64,000 nt of DNA from the IMG/VR virus record IMGVR_UViG_3300037423_000600, positions 1 through 64,000 of that record; one strand, given 5' to 3'. A program made the translations under genes and the position numbers. Positions within the stretch are counted from its first letter, which is position 1. Each line of letters begins with the position of its first letter. This document shows positions 9,625 to 19,570 of the stretch, piece by piece. This DNA is from a virus. The notes under the pieces were generated by a model. It saw nothing but the letters and a program-made list of their open reading frames with translations, was not told the DNA's origin and searched no databases.

Positions 9625-9869
9625 GTCTGGGCGATTCCATCAAAGACGAAGCGATAGTCAGGATGCTATCCATACTTAAGGACGCGGGGGTAAGTAACCA
9701 GATCAAAACCCTGCATGAACTTCTCCTAATTTACGAATCCGTCCAAATTCCGTCACAACAAAGAGAACTGATACGTACTCGGCTGGAGGATTCCATCAAG
9801 TTAATCCAACGGTTCCAGCGGGGCGACAAATCAGTACGGGGAGAACTCAAAAACAGGAAAATCCTATGA
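9621..9869 (+). CDS. Hypothetical protein
   Basis: Coupled to the upstream gene (ATGA overlap). Confidence 0.6.
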   Translation: MSLGDSIKDEAIVRMLSILKDAGVSNQIKTLHELLLIYESVQIPSQQRELIRTRLEDSIKLIQRFQRGDKSVRGELKNRKIL

Positions 9870-9885
9870 CGGAGGTAGTTGGGCT

Positions 9886-12210
9886 ATGCTAAAACAACCG
9901 AATAAACCTGAGAATCCGCTGTCCTTTAGGGACAAGATTCGTTTGGACCGATACGCAATCAAAGGGAACCGCAACAATATTCAGCCGGGCGATTGGGTAG
10001 TGACGCTGACGGTGGAGCATCCGAAATTCCCGGTAAAGGAAATCGGTATTGTTCAAGCGGTGAACGGCACCATGGTTGATATCGAACTGATTTCCGGCGG
10101 CTCCTTTGGAGAAGTCTTTACGCAGTATATCGGAAAAACCGATAAGCTGTTGGAGTTCTCTTGGGAGCAAATTTGCCACCGTATCGCTTTAGGGCTGGCA
10201 AGCGTTGAATTGCCGGGGAATAAAGGTCCGGTTTACTCGATGTTCTATAAACAGCTTTTGGAGGGTAAAATCGTTCCGGCGGGACGGATTAACACCGGGG
10301 CGGGTACGAAGGAATACAAAGAATCCATCGGGGCAACGGCCGAAGAGTTAACCCTCTTCAACTGCTACGTAGTCCCACATGCACAGGACTCCCGATGGGG
10401 CATGATTGAATCTTTGGGGATTCAAGTGGAAATTCATTCTCGCGGCGGCGGGGTTGGTCAAGATTGGTCCTCGGGTAGGCCAAGAACCTCCCCGGTCATT
10501 GGTGTGCGCGGACGTTCCTCCGGGTCGGTGTCATGGGGCGGCGGAAAGTCGTACTACACGGGCCTGATTGAGCAGGGCGGTTCCCGGCGCGGGGCGACCA
10601 TGGGAATGATTCGGGATTGGCACCCGGACCTTGTGGAGTTTGTTACCTGTAAGCTTTCGATCAGACCTCGTAAGCTTCCTGACGGCACAACGGGGGCACC
10701 GATTGATTACATCCGTAACAAATGGCAAGGCAAATTCCCCGGTAGTACAATATATGCGCATGGCGTAGAAAATGCGAACTTGTCGGTTCTTATCTCCGAT
10801 GCCTTCATGGAAGCGGTTAAGAATGACGGGGATTGGGCTTTAGAGTTCCCGGATACGACGCACCCGGACTACAACGCGAAGTGGGTCACCGAGTTCCAAG
10901 CGGACCTCCCGATGTGGAAGGCGGCCGGACTCCCTACGGTAGTGTACCATACCTACAAGGCGCGGGAATTGCGGGACTTGATGCTGGAGTGCATGTGGAT
11001 GTCGGCGGAGCCGGGGTGGGTATTTATCGACCGTTATCGGGCTTTTGCCAACTCCAACTATTACCCTCGCGGGCTGACGATTGCCACAAACCCATGCGGG
11101 GAACAAGGGCTCCCGGCTTGGGGCGTTTGTAACCTGTCGGCCATTAATCTTGCGAAGTTCGTTCTGCCGGACGGTTCCGATGTGGATTGGGAGGCTTTAG
11201 GGGAAACCGTCGAAACGGGAGTCCGCTTCTTGGATAACGTCATCGACCATACCCCGTACCATTTCCAAGAAAATCGGGAACAGCAGGAAGGTGAACGCCG
11301 TATTGGTCTAGGTATTATGGGTTACGCCGAAATGCTGATTAAACTCGGCCTTCGGTACGGTTCCCCCGAAGCCTTGGAATTTACCGATAAACTCGGCAAG
11401 TTTATGGCTATTCATGGTTATGCCGCTTCAATCGAATTGGCTAAAGAGAAGGGTGCGTTCAAATGGTTTGAGGCGGACGGCTTCTTAGCCTCGGAACATA
11501 TGAAACAAAACATCCTGCCTGTAGCTCCTTACTTGGAGGCGGGTATCCGCGAATACGGCATCCGGAACGTGACCATCTTTACGATTGCGCCTACGGGAAG
11601 CACCGGAACCATGACAGGGACCTCGACCGGATGTGAACCTTATTTTGCGTTCACTTACTGGCGGAACTCCCGATTGGGGATGGCGGAGATTGTGGAGGAT
11701 TGCGCGGCGGATTGGCTGAAAGCAAACGGCTATGAAGTCACTACGGAAAACCTCCAGCACCTTCCGGCGGCTTACGTGTCGGCTATGGAGCTTACCCCGG
11801 AGGAACACATTCTCGCGCAGGCGGCTTGGCAGAAGTGGGTTTGCTCCTCTATCTCCAAGACCTGTAATGCACCGAATGAACATACGGTGGAGGACATCGC
11901 CAACATCATTGACCTTGCGTATGACACCGGGCTTAAAGGATTCACCTACTACCGGGACGGCTCCCGCGACGAGCAGGTTTTAGCAACCTCTTCGGCCGGA
12001 TTGTTCGGCGGCACCGAAGAACGGCCGGAACTGGCTCGACTTGCGCAACTGGATACGGCATCCCTAAAGGGGCTCATTTCCGTAGCCGAAGGGTACGGTT
12101 TATTCCCGAACGAGGCGGAAGCGGAGGAAGGCCAACACCGTCAACCAACGACCGAAGAACTCACCATTATGCTATCCGGTTGCATCGGCGGCAAATGCTC
12201 AAACGAATAA
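9886..12210 (+). CDS. nrdJ: Class II (B12-dependent) ribonucleotide reductase
   Basis: TLFNCYV, GGGVG, QGGSRRGA, TNPCGEQ, CNL, IAPTGS, SISKT, KGFTYYRDGSR and a C-terminal Cys pair; no beta subunit nearby. Confidence 0.9.
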   Translation: MLKQPNKPENPLSFRDKIRLDRYAIKGNRNNIQPGDWVVTLTVEHPKFPVKEIGIVQAVNGTMVDIELISGGSFGEVFTQYIGKTDKLLEFSWEQICHRIALGLASVELPGNKGPVYSMFYKQLLEGKIVPAGRINTGAGTKEYKESIGATAEELTLFNCYVVPHAQDSRWGMIESLGIQVEIHSRGGGVGQDWSSGRPRTSPVIGVRGRSSGSVSWGGGKSYYTGLIEQGGSRRGATMGMIRDWHPDLVEFVTCKLSIRPRKLPDGTTGAPIDYIRNKWQGKFPGSTIYAHGVENANLSVLISDAFMEAVKNDGDWALEFPDTTHPDYNAKWVTEFQADLPMWKAAGLPTVVYHTYKARELRDLMLECMWMSAEPGWVFIDRYRAFANSNYYPRGLTIATNPCGEQGLPAWGVCNLSAINLAKFVLPDGSDVDWEALGETVETGVRFLDNVIDHTPYHFQENREQQEGERRIGLGIMGYAEMLIKLGLRYGSPEALEFTDKLGKFMAIHGYAASIELAKEKGAFKWFEADGFLASEHMKQNILPVAPYLEAGIREYGIRNVTIFTIAPTGSTGTMTGTSTGCEPYFAFTYWRNSRLGMAEIVEDCAADWLKANGYEVTTENLQHLPAAYVSAMELTPEEHILAQAAWQKWVCSSISKTCNAPNEHTVEDIANIIDLAYDTGLKGFTYYRDGSRDEQVLATSSAGLFGGTEERPELARLAQLDTASLKGLISVAEGYGLFPNEAEAEEGQHRQPTTEELTIMLSGCIGGKCSNE

Positions 12211-12223
12211 CTCCATATGATTA

Positions 12224-12260
12224 AAGAAAGGCGGCCCACGTGGTCGCCATTTCTTTTTCT
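12224..12260 (+). terminator. Rho-independent terminator
   Basis: GGCGGCC-CACGT-GGTCGCC followed by a T-rich tract. Confidence 0.6.
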
Positions 12261-12420
12261 AGCGAAAATTAATAGGACAACTTAATAGACAAAACTGTTG
12301 TAATTTACCTATTATATGTATTATAATTAAGTTGCTGATGCGCCAACTTCTCATTCGTTTCCCGCCACACCCCCGGCGGGGAACCCCCACAATAGTAGAC
12401 AAGGAGAGTGACATAGTAGA

Positions 12421-13359
12421 ATGGCTCTGAAAGATATCCTCAACACCTTTAAACGTGAGGGCGGAAACAACCCTGACGAACAATATATGTTACCAAAACT
12501 CGACCGCTACCTTTTAGCACTCAACGGAAATCGGATGATTGACAAGCCGGAAAACCGTGCCGAAAATTGTTGGCACCCTTCCTCGCTGTCTACGGTGAAG
12601 TGTCTCAGGTTCCTTACATACCTGTGGCTGAAAACCGACCCCTCCAATCCAAGTAGAGTGAATGAAAAGGGGCGGTTGATTTTTGATGTCGGCCACCATG
12701 TCGGTTATATGTTTCAACAATACTTCTGGGATATGGGCATCCTCGAAGGGAAATACCATTGTGTCTACTGCAAGCATGAGTGGTGGGCGGTGTCCCCTAA
12801 AGAATGTCCTTCCTGCTCCCGGCCTTTAGAAATCTGGTACGATCTTCACTACTTGGAGGTTCCGATTCAGAATAAGGAGAAAAACGTCATCGGCCACTCG
12901 GACGGATGCCTGATGCTCGGCGGGACCCCGCTGAATCCGAAGCGGCGGATGCTGGAGTTTAAGACCATCAAGAACCGTGACTTTAATACTCCGGCCACCA
13001 CCCTCACGTTCGATGAACTGATTCAGGTTAAGATGGAACATGCCTTCCAAGGCCAACTGTACCTCGACTCGGACACCTTTAGGGAACTCCAGTGTAAGCA
13101 GGGCTCTGTGATTTACTTGGCGAAAAATTCGCAAGAGAAAAAGGAGTTTGTCATTACGTCGATGCCGGAACTGGTTCAGCCGATGTATGACAAAATCACC
13201 ATCGTTGAGGATGCCTTGGTGAACGGGTACCTGCCGGACCGTATCTCAAATGACAAAACATGCGTTGATTGCAAATGGTGTCCGATGAAGGACTACTGCC
13301 ATGATACCTCCCATACCTTTGAAGATGCCGACAGACGGCCTAAAGGAGGCGGAGTATGA
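12421..13359 (+). CDS. Cas4-like PD-(D/E)xK exonuclease
   Basis: HPSSL..C, GHSDG, LEFKT, Q.QLY, C-terminal C.DCKWCP...YC. Confidence 0.8.
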   Translation: MALKDILNTFKREGGNNPDEQYMLPKLDRYLLALNGNRMIDKPENRAENCWHPSSLSTVKCLRFLTYLWLKTDPSNPSRVNEKGRLIFDVGHHVGYMFQQYFWDMGILEGKYHCVYCKHEWWAVSPKECPSCSRPLEIWYDLHYLEVPIQNKEKNVIGHSDGCLMLGGTPLNPKRRMLEFKTIKNRDFNTPATTLTFDELIQVKMEHAFQGQLYLDSDTFRELQCKQGSVIYLAKNSQEKKEFVITSMPELVQPMYDKITIVEDALVNGYLPDRISNDKTCVDCKWCPMKDYCHDTSHTFEDADRRPKGGGV

Positions 13360-13442
13360 CGGACGGACAAATGGTTGAACTGTTGATACTGATTTTCCTC
13401 GCCTTTTTACTCGGCCTTATGGTGGGAAGGGTGACGAAATGA
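13356..13442 (+). CDS. 28-aa membrane peptide
   Basis: AAGGAGG RBS; MTDGQMVELLILIFLAFLLGLMVGRVTK; ATGA overlaps at both ends. Confidence 0.55.
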   Translation: MTDGQMVELLILIFLAFLLGLMVGRVTK

Positions 13443-13624
13443 CCGAAGAAACGAAGCAATATGACGGCTCGGTAACTATCGACGAGGATGGGACCATTCG
13501 GATTAACGCACCCCTGACGGAAATCGCGGACATCATCCGGGAGGTCATGGAAGAAAGCTTTCCTGAGTATGAATGGAATGGCGAAGTCGTAAAAAGTAAG
13601 AAGTACGGGAGGATTGGCGATTAA
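13439..13624 (+). CDS. Hypothetical protein
   Basis: Translationally coupled small ORF. Confidence 0.55.
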   Translation: MTEETKQYDGSVTIDEDGTIRINAPLTEIADIIREVMEESFPEYEWNGEVVKSKKYGRIGD

Positions 13625-14580
13625 TGAAATTCCATCTGTATAAAGTGTCCGGTTATGAAGAAGCCATAATGTCCGTTCGGATGTCGCAAGGAAAATACTT
13701 CTCGCCGGAGAAGGCCCAAGAAGTACAGGACTTGGTTTACGTGATGACGAATAAGAAAGGATTCCTTTCTACTCGGGATGAACACTTCGACAAGTGTAAA
13801 ATTCTCGGTGTTTATACAAAGGATGACGATTACTCGAAATCCAACCACCCTAAAATCACCACCCACTACGATATCGATCGCGAGGAGTTCAAACGGCTTT
13901 TAGGCATCACCTTCAACAACGCCATGAAGGAGTTTGACCACCACACCCTGATGAAGTACATAGATATCTCCTTCTTCACGGAAGGGCTTCACCGGGGCGG
14001 TCAAGATGACCTTGACGCTCACGCGCCGGGGTTCAATAACCGCATTACCCGGTTCTCAACCCGGCTGGCGGAAATCCCCGAGCCGAAGCTGTCAGAATGG
14101 TACACGGATAAAGTGATTACCTTCTATGAAGCCGAGAAGCACATCCTTTCGCAAATGGAACCGGGAAGCCGTCTTTTCCCGCAGGAAATTGAGGTTGGCG
14201 GGGAGATTTACAAATATACGCCTTTTGGTTACATGCATGAAAAGTATGCAAGCATTCCACATACTAACGGACTTTATAAGGACGTTCAGCGCGGTCTTAT
14301 CCCGATTGGTCAGGCGGGCCCGGCCCTATGGAAAACTGACCTGTGGAACCTCCGCTACATTTACTTCCGGCGGTCCAAGTTGACGAAAGCCAACCCGGAA
14401 CTAAAGCTGGGCATGGAACAACTGGCAGACCAAATCGAAGCGTCAATCCCGGTATTCGGCCCGTTCTTTAGGCTTGAATATACAGACTCCGGCCAATGGG
14501 AGCATATGAATAAAGTGCATACCGTATCGGCTGAGGAGTTCAGACAATTCATGGCATGGAAAGGTGGTGAATCGAAATGA
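13624..14580 (+). CDS. Divergent ThyX (flavin-dependent thymidylate synthase)-like protein
   Basis: H.TL.KY..ISF..EGLHR...DLDAH....RFSTR, later NLRYIY.RR and ANPEL follow the ThyX layout, but the canonical RHRX7S motif is altered. Confidence 0.55.
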   Translation: MKFHLYKVSGYEEAIMSVRMSQGKYFSPEKAQEVQDLVYVMTNKKGFLSTRDEHFDKCKILGVYTKDDDYSKSNHPKITTHYDIDREEFKRLLGITFNNAMKEFDHHTLMKYIDISFFTEGLHRGGQDDLDAHAPGFNNRITRFSTRLAEIPEPKLSEWYTDKVITFYEAEKHILSQMEPGSRLFPQEIEVGGEIYKYTPFGYMHEKYASIPHTNGLYKDVQRGLIPIGQAGPALWKTDLWNLRYIYFRRSKLTKANPELKLGMEQLADQIEASIPVFGPFFRLEYTDSGQWEHMNKVHTVSAEEFRQFMAWKGGESK

Positions 14581-14852
14581 GACTTGAAGGAATCTCGGCA
14601 TTTGTAAAAGAAGCAAAAATCACAAAAAACGGCATCGTCCTTTCCCTTGAAAAAGTGAAGCTGAATGGTACTTCGTTTGACGAATTTGCTTCCTTGGTGC
14701 AAACCGAAATCTTCTTGGATGTGGAGTCGGCCCAGCAAACGTTGGAACTGAATACGGAGGCATCCGAGTCCGAGGAGCAACTGTCGTTCGACCCGGACAA
14801 AACGGCGGCGGAAGCCCTCGAAGAAGAAGGGTTTGAAGTAGTAGCGAAGTAA
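14577..14852 (+). CDS. Hypothetical acidic protein
   Basis: ATGA-coupled ORF. Confidence 0.6.
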   Translation: MRLEGISAFVKEAKITKNGIVLSLEKVKLNGTSFDEFASLVQTEIFLDVESAQQTLELNTEASESEEQLSFDPDKTAAEALEEEGFEVVAK

Positions 14853-14870
14853 TAAACGGGAGGGTACCTT

Positions 14871-15440
14871 ATGGACGAGACACAAGTACAGACACAGGAG
14901 AATGACATTGTTGTAGACGTTAATCAGTACATCCAAAGGGAACGGGCGGTTGCCAAGCTGAAAAAGTCGGGCATCCGCTTCCCGGCCCAACCCGGGATTC
15001 CTGACGAGTGGCAGGATGACGATGGGATGTTCCAAATGCCGCAGGATTTAACGATGGTGGATTCTCACGAACTCGGGCGGCTGATGACACTCATCAATAA
15101 TATGCTGGCTTGGTACGGGGCCATTTTAGCTTCGGCCCGGATTGACCGCTTATCGGCGGAGCGAACCAAAAACTATACGGAGGCTAAAGTCCGTATGGAG
15201 ATTATGAGCAACAAGGAAATGCTGAAAGACTACAAGGCGCGAGAGGACAAAGACGCATACATAAACACGCACCCCATTGTCCGGCAGGCCCAAGATTGGT
15301 TCGACCGCCAAGCCTCTTTAGAGATTATGGCGGAACAGCTTTACAATGACCTTGACCGTTCCATCCGAACCGTCTCCCGGGAGGTATCCCGCCGGGGTGG
15401 GGAGATGAATCATTTTAACCGGGAACAGAACTTGAAATAG
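14871..15440 (+). CDS. Helical protein, possibly a UvsY-like recombination mediator
   Basis: Predicted helical/coiled-coil protein in the recombination module; function is inference only. Confidence 0.45.
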   Translation: MDETQVQTQENDIVVDVNQYIQRERAVAKLKKSGIRFPAQPGIPDEWQDDDGMFQMPQDLTMVDSHELGRLMTLINNMLAWYGAILASARIDRLSAERTKNYTEAKVRMEIMSNKEMLKDYKAREDKDAYINTHPIVRQAQDWFDRQASLEIMAEQLYNDLDRSIRTVSREVSRRGGEMNHFNREQNLK

Positions 15441-15448
15441 GGAGGGCT

Positions 15449-15727
15449 TTGACAATGGAGGAGAAAGAGCAGTATAAAATACCGAATGACGGAACGGTGA
15501 AGCTGAATGTACACCCTACCGGGAAACTGGAGTTTAACATCACGCCTGATTTTCTCCGGCAAATGGATTACGACTTGGAGGACTGCAAAAAGCTGATAAC
15601 TCAACTTCACGCGGCTTCTAAAGCGGTATTCATGTATGCTTGGGAGAAACAGTTCCACGAGGACTTAGCGGCTTACACCATGGGTATGAAAATACCGAAA
15701 GCCGGAGGTCAAGATGCCGAGAAGTGA
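15449..15727 (+). CDS. Hypothetical protein
   Basis: GGGAGG RBS. Confidence 0.6.
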   Translation: MTMEEKEQYKIPNDGTVKLNVHPTGKLEFNITPDFLRQMDYDLEDCKKLITQLHAASKAVFMYAWEKQFHEDLAAYTMGMKIPKAGGQDAEK

Positions 15728-16322
15728 TAAAGCGTGGGACCTTAAGAATTTGAAAGTAATGGGCCTTGACCTTAGCTTAACCTCCCCGGGTATTGCAGTA
15801 ACCCGGGGCGGGGAGCTAGTCGAATCCCTTTCCATAAAAACGACAACCGACGATTCTTGGTTTGTACGGATAAACACGGTGGCGACAAACATCGTGGATA
15901 AGGCCGTACAGCACGACCCGGATTTCATCTTCATCGAGAACTACTCCTTTAACAGTAAGTTCGGCCGGGAATTGGCCGGGGAGGTTCACGGTGTTGTTCT
16001 GCATCAACTGTTCTCGCATGGCTACGATAATATCTTTCGGACCATATCTCCCACCCAACTCAAAACCTACACGACAGGGGATTCTAAGGCCACCAAAAAG
16101 GCCATGATTCAAGGGGTTTTGGACTCTTACGGGGTTAAATTCAAACAATCCCAAAATGACCAAGCGGATGCCTTCGCGCTGGCGAAAATGGCGGAAAAGC
16201 TGGTCCAAATCGAATGCGGCCTTACCTTCATTTTACCCAAACATCAGAAAGTGGCTTTAGAAAAGGCCCAAGAAACCCTAAGGAGTGACGCTAAATGGCT
16301 GAAAATGCTCAATCAAAAGTAA
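15714..16322 (+). CDS. RuvC-like Holliday junction resolvase
   Basis: MGLDLSLTSPGIA, IFIENY, SPTQLK...TG...ATK, NDQADA. Confidence 0.85.
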   Translation: MPRSDKAWDLKNLKVMGLDLSLTSPGIAVTRGGELVESLSIKTTTDDSWFVRINTVATNIVDKAVQHDPDFIFIENYSFNSKFGRELAGEVHGVVLHQLFSHGYDNIFRTISPTQLKTYTTGDSKATKKAMIQGVLDSYGVKFKQSQNDQADAFALAKMAEKLVQIECGLTFILPKHQKVALEKAQETLRSDAKWLKMLNQK

Positions 16323-16594
16323 TGGTGTTGAAGGTGGCGGCAACATCCAACCCCGCGAGTGTCGCGGGGGCTATCGCCAAGAATAAGCAGGAAGGGAAAG
16401 AGATTCACCTTTCGGCGGTAGGCGCGGGAGCCATCAACCAAATGAATAAAGCCGTCGCGATTGCCTCCGGTTACTTGGCTCCTTCCGGCGTGACGATTGC
16501 GGTAAAAATCGGATTCATAGATATTCAAATTGCGGATGAAGAGGGCGTTATGCAGGATAAAACCGCTATTATTCATAAAGTTATCGAGGTATAA
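16295..16594 (+). CDS. spoVS: Stage V sporulation protein S homologue
   Basis: LKVAATSNPASVAGAIA...AVGAGAINQ..KAVAIA.GY.APSG signature. Confidence 0.9.
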   Translation: MAENAQSKVMVLKVAATSNPASVAGAIAKNKQEGKEIHLSAVGAGAINQMNKAVAIASGYLAPSGVTIAVKIGFIDIQIADEEGVMQDKTAIIHKVIEV

Positions 16595-16598
16595 TCTT

Positions 16599-17213
16599 AT
16601 GAAACGCGGCATTCTTATCCAAGTTGAGGGGACGGATAAGGCGGGGAAGCAAACGCAAACCGAATGGCTGGCAAAGATGCTGGCTATAGACGGGTATACT
16701 GTTTCCCTCATTCCTTTCCCTCAGTATGACACTCCGGCCGGGAAGCTGATATACGATTTTCTACACGGCTATCTGCCCTTTAGCCCAGCCGACCAGCCTC
16801 ACTTGACTCAGGCGATATACACCATTAACCGTTATGAGTGCCAGCAACGGATAGAGCGGGCCCTGACGGAAGGGAAAATCGTCATTTGTGACCGATATAT
16901 CGGGTCCAGTATCGCTTACGGTATGGGCGACGGTTTGCCGCTGGATTGGATTCTGCAAATCAGTCACTCCCTTGTTCAGCCGGACATCACGGTGATTCTG
17001 GAAATCTCCGATGAGGAGTATGCCCGGCGGTGCAATAACTATTCCGTTTTGGACCATTACGAGTCTAAATTGGAGTACATACGGAAGGCCCGTGTCCTCT
17101 ATCATAAGGTGGCGGAAGTGTTCGGCGGCCGTGTGATTCCGGCGGAAGGCAAGCCTGAGGTTGTTGCTCAAGAAGTCTACCGCTTCGTAAAGGAGAAGAT
17201 GTCCCGTGTCTGA
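16599..17213 (+). CDS. tmk: Thymidylate (dNMP) kinase
   Basis: EGTDKAGKQTQ P-loop, FPQY, ICDRYIGSSIAY, PD.TV.L. Confidence 0.9.
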   Translation: MKRGILIQVEGTDKAGKQTQTEWLAKMLAIDGYTVSLIPFPQYDTPAGKLIYDFLHGYLPFSPADQPHLTQAIYTINRYECQQRIERALTEGKIVICDRYIGSSIAYGMGDGLPLDWILQISHSLVQPDITVILEISDEEYARRCNNYSVLDHYESKLEYIRKARVLYHKVAEVFGGRVIPAEGKPEVVAQEVYRFVKEKMSRV

Positions 17214-17547
17214 GGACTATGGCATTAACCAAATTGCTTCCGACTTGGAGGAAGTCCTGACGGCTAAAGGGCACACGGACTTTATTCGTAACAAGGATGT
17301 GTATGCAATTTCGGCCCTTATCCATACGGAGGTTTCCGAGTATACGCAACTTTTTAAGAAGTACGGCTTGGCGGACTCCTTTAAGGAGGACCGTGCTATG
17401 GAGATTGCCGATATCATCTTTAGGGCTCTTAACCTTGCGCTCATGGAGAATATCGACATCGCGGCGGCCATTCGGAAGAAGATGGAGTTCAACCAGAACC
17501 GCCCGTATAAATTCGGAACACCGGAGGAGGGAAAACCGAATGTCTAA
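17206..17547 (+). CDS. MazG-like NTP pyrophosphohydrolase
   Basis: LIHTEVSE...EIADIIFR...KKMEFNQNRPYK. Confidence 0.8.
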   Translation: MSEDYGINQIASDLEEVLTAKGHTDFIRNKDVYAISALIHTEVSEYTQLFKKYGLADSFKEDRAMEIADIIFRALNLALMENIDIAAAIRKKMEFNQNRPYKFGTPEEGKPNV

Positions 17548-18280
17548 ATTAAGAACGGCTTTTGACTTTGACCCCGAACGATTGAAAATCATCGAGGTCT
17601 ACAACTCCATTCAAGGGGAGGGCATCGACATTGGTTCGGAGGTTATCTTTGTACGCACGAGTGGCTGTAATTTGTCTTGTGTTTGGTGCGACACAAAACA
17701 TAGCTGGACAGGCCAGCGCGGTGATTCCTTCACCCCCGGAGAACTTCTACGAAAAGTCATCGAAGAAACCAAAGGGGCCAAGTCGGTAATTATTACGGGC
17801 GGGGAACCGTTCGTTCAGCCGCCGGAGCCGCTGACGGAGTTTGTTATCTCCCTCAAGGCTTTAGGCTATCACGTCGCATGGGAAACTAACGGACTCCATG
17901 TGCCGGACGATACCCTAATTGAACTGACTGACCTCTTTACGGTAAGTCCTAAACTCCATTCCTCGGAGCAAATCGCATTTCCGGTTATGACCTTGGATAC
18001 GTGGGCGGCCCGGGCCGGGGCGGAAGGCAAGGTACAATTCAAGTTTGTTATCGGTAGCGAAGAGGATATGGCGGAAGCGGTGTATCTGATTACACACGCC
18101 CAAAACGTCTACCATACGGAGTCTCCCATCGTCTTTCAACCGGAAGAGTCCAAGGATAAAGAAATCTATGCGAAGCTTCCGGAAATGGCGGCAAGGCACC
18201 TTCGAGGGAAGGGCGATAATATTCTCAAGTATTATGTCCGCTATATCCCTCAAACCCATAAACACTACAAAATACGCTAA
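17540..18280 (+). CDS. queE: 7-carboxy-7-deazaguanine synthase (radical SAM)
   Basis: SIQGEG, FVRTSGCNLSCVWCDT, TGGEP, ETNG, VSPK, KFV, PQTHK. Confidence 0.95.
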   Translation: MSKLRTAFDFDPERLKIIEVYNSIQGEGIDIGSEVIFVRTSGCNLSCVWCDTKHSWTGQRGDSFTPGELLRKVIEETKGAKSVIITGGEPFVQPPEPLTEFVISLKALGYHVAWETNGLHVPDDTLIELTDLFTVSPKLHSSEQIAFPVMTLDTWAARAGAEGKVQFKFVIGSEEDMAEAVYLITHAQNVYHTESPIVFQPEESKDKEIYAKLPEMAARHLRGKGDNILKYYVRYIPQTHKHYKIR

Positions 18281-18294
18281 GGAGTGACTCTCTC

Positions 18295-18684
18295 ATGGAA
18301 ACAGTTGAAGAAAAAGTAGTACAGGAAAATATCGAGGCGGCAAATTCGGAACTTAACGCAGGTCAAGTTCCGGAGGAGATTCCGGTACCGGAGAAGAAAA
18401 CCCGAAACCGCCGGAAGAACCAACAACCCGAAGAAACCGTATCGGCGGAATCTGTAGAGAAGTTCGCTCATGCCTTTATGGTGTTGGTCCGTAACGACGG
18501 CACCTTTAGCATCGAGCCTGTCGGCCAACTGGTGGAAGCCCCACCGGAAGAAGGATATGTGTATGCTCCGGGTGCTAACGTTTACCGCACTCTCCTTCGG
18601 GATATTGTGGACAAGCTGGACCGGAAGATTATTGTGGATGAAGTTCGCCGTGCTCTGGCGGCAGGACTGGGAGGTAACATCTAA
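18295..18684 (+). CDS. Hypothetical protein
   Basis: AAGGAG RBS; lies inside the modification island. Confidence 0.65.
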   Translation: METVEEKVVQENIEAANSELNAGQVPEEIPVPEKKTRNRRKNQQPEETVSAESVEKFAHAFMVLVRNDGTFSIEPVGQLVEAPPEEGYVYAPGANVYRTLLRDIVDKLDRKIIVDEVRRALAAGLGGNI

Positions 18685-18935
18685 TGCGCGATAACCTTCG
18701 GATTAAACAAACTGATGCAACTCATTTTGAAATCCGCCGGACCATGACGGAAACCGTAAACCGTGCCAATATGGAGGACCGTAAACGCACTCTGGAGATG
18801 CAGATTGAAACCCTTACGGACCAATTGGATACGCTGAAAAATAATTTGGCGGCGGTCAACGATGCCCTGAAAAACGGCCTTGGTCAGACGGAGAAAAACG
18901 TCGAGGCTAAGGCGGTGGGCGAGGATGGAAAGTAA
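18684..18935 (+). CDS. Small coiled-coil protein
   Basis: Heptad-rich LEMQIETLTDQLDTLKNNL; GGAGG RBS. Confidence 0.6.
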   Translation: MRDNLRIKQTDATHFEIRRTMTETVNRANMEDRKRTLEMQIETLTDQLDTLKNNLAAVNDALKNGLGQTEKNVEAKAVGEDGK

Positions 18936-19503
18936 TGTAGACGGCTTGGAGTATTCCAAGGAGAATATTGAGTTCCACTTCCGGCAGATTATGATGTCCT
19001 TGGGATTGGATTTAACCGACCCTAGCCTTAAGGAGACTCCCGCTCGGGTGGCGAAAATGATGGTATACGAAACTTGTAGTGGCCTCTTTAGTGACCCGCC
19101 CAAAGTCACCACTTTTGAGTTTGAGGATGGAGCAAGTCGGGACTTAATCATCATTGAGGACATTAAGTTTTCCTCTATGTGTGAACATCATTTTGTTCCT
19201 TTCATCGGAAAGGTAACGGTGGCTTACCTCCCGAAAGACAAGTACATGGGCCTTTCTAAAGCGGCTCGGGTGGTGGATTACTTCGCGGCCCGGCCGCAGG
19301 TACAGGAACGACTCACGGCGCAGGTGGCCGACTTCTTAATGGACAAGCTGGACCCGAAAGGGGTTCTGGTTATGGTAACGGCCGAGCATATGTGCATGAG
19401 TACCCGGGGCGTAAAGAAACACGGCTCGAATACCATCACCACGGCCATTCGCGGGGAAATCGACAAACAGGAAGTCATTTCGTCCATACAACTTAAGAGA
19501 TAA
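18925..19503 (+). CDS. folE: GTP cyclohydrolase I
   Basis: ETPARVAK, SMCEHHFVPF.G, GLSK.AR, RPQVQERLT, AEHMCMSTRGV. Confidence 0.95.
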   Translation: MESNVDGLEYSKENIEFHFRQIMMSLGLDLTDPSLKETPARVAKMMVYETCSGLFSDPPKVTTFEFEDGASRDLIIIEDIKFSSMCEHHFVPFIGKVTVAYLPKDKYMGLSKAARVVDYFAARPQVQERLTAQVADFLMDKLDPKGVLVMVTAEHMCMSTRGVKKHGSNTITTAIRGEIDKQEVISSIQLKR

Positions 19504-19570
19504 CGACGAGGGACGCGAATACGGGCAAATACTGTCTAACTTCGCGTCCCTTTCTCATAGGAGGGATGTT

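Noticed and set aside
19508-19553. c-di-GMP-I or preQ1 riboswitch after folE
   Set aside because: GGGACGC and GGGCAAA words occur but not in riboswitch order. The element is a simple AGGGACGCGAA/TTCGCGTCCCT hairpin, probably a terminator or processing stem.
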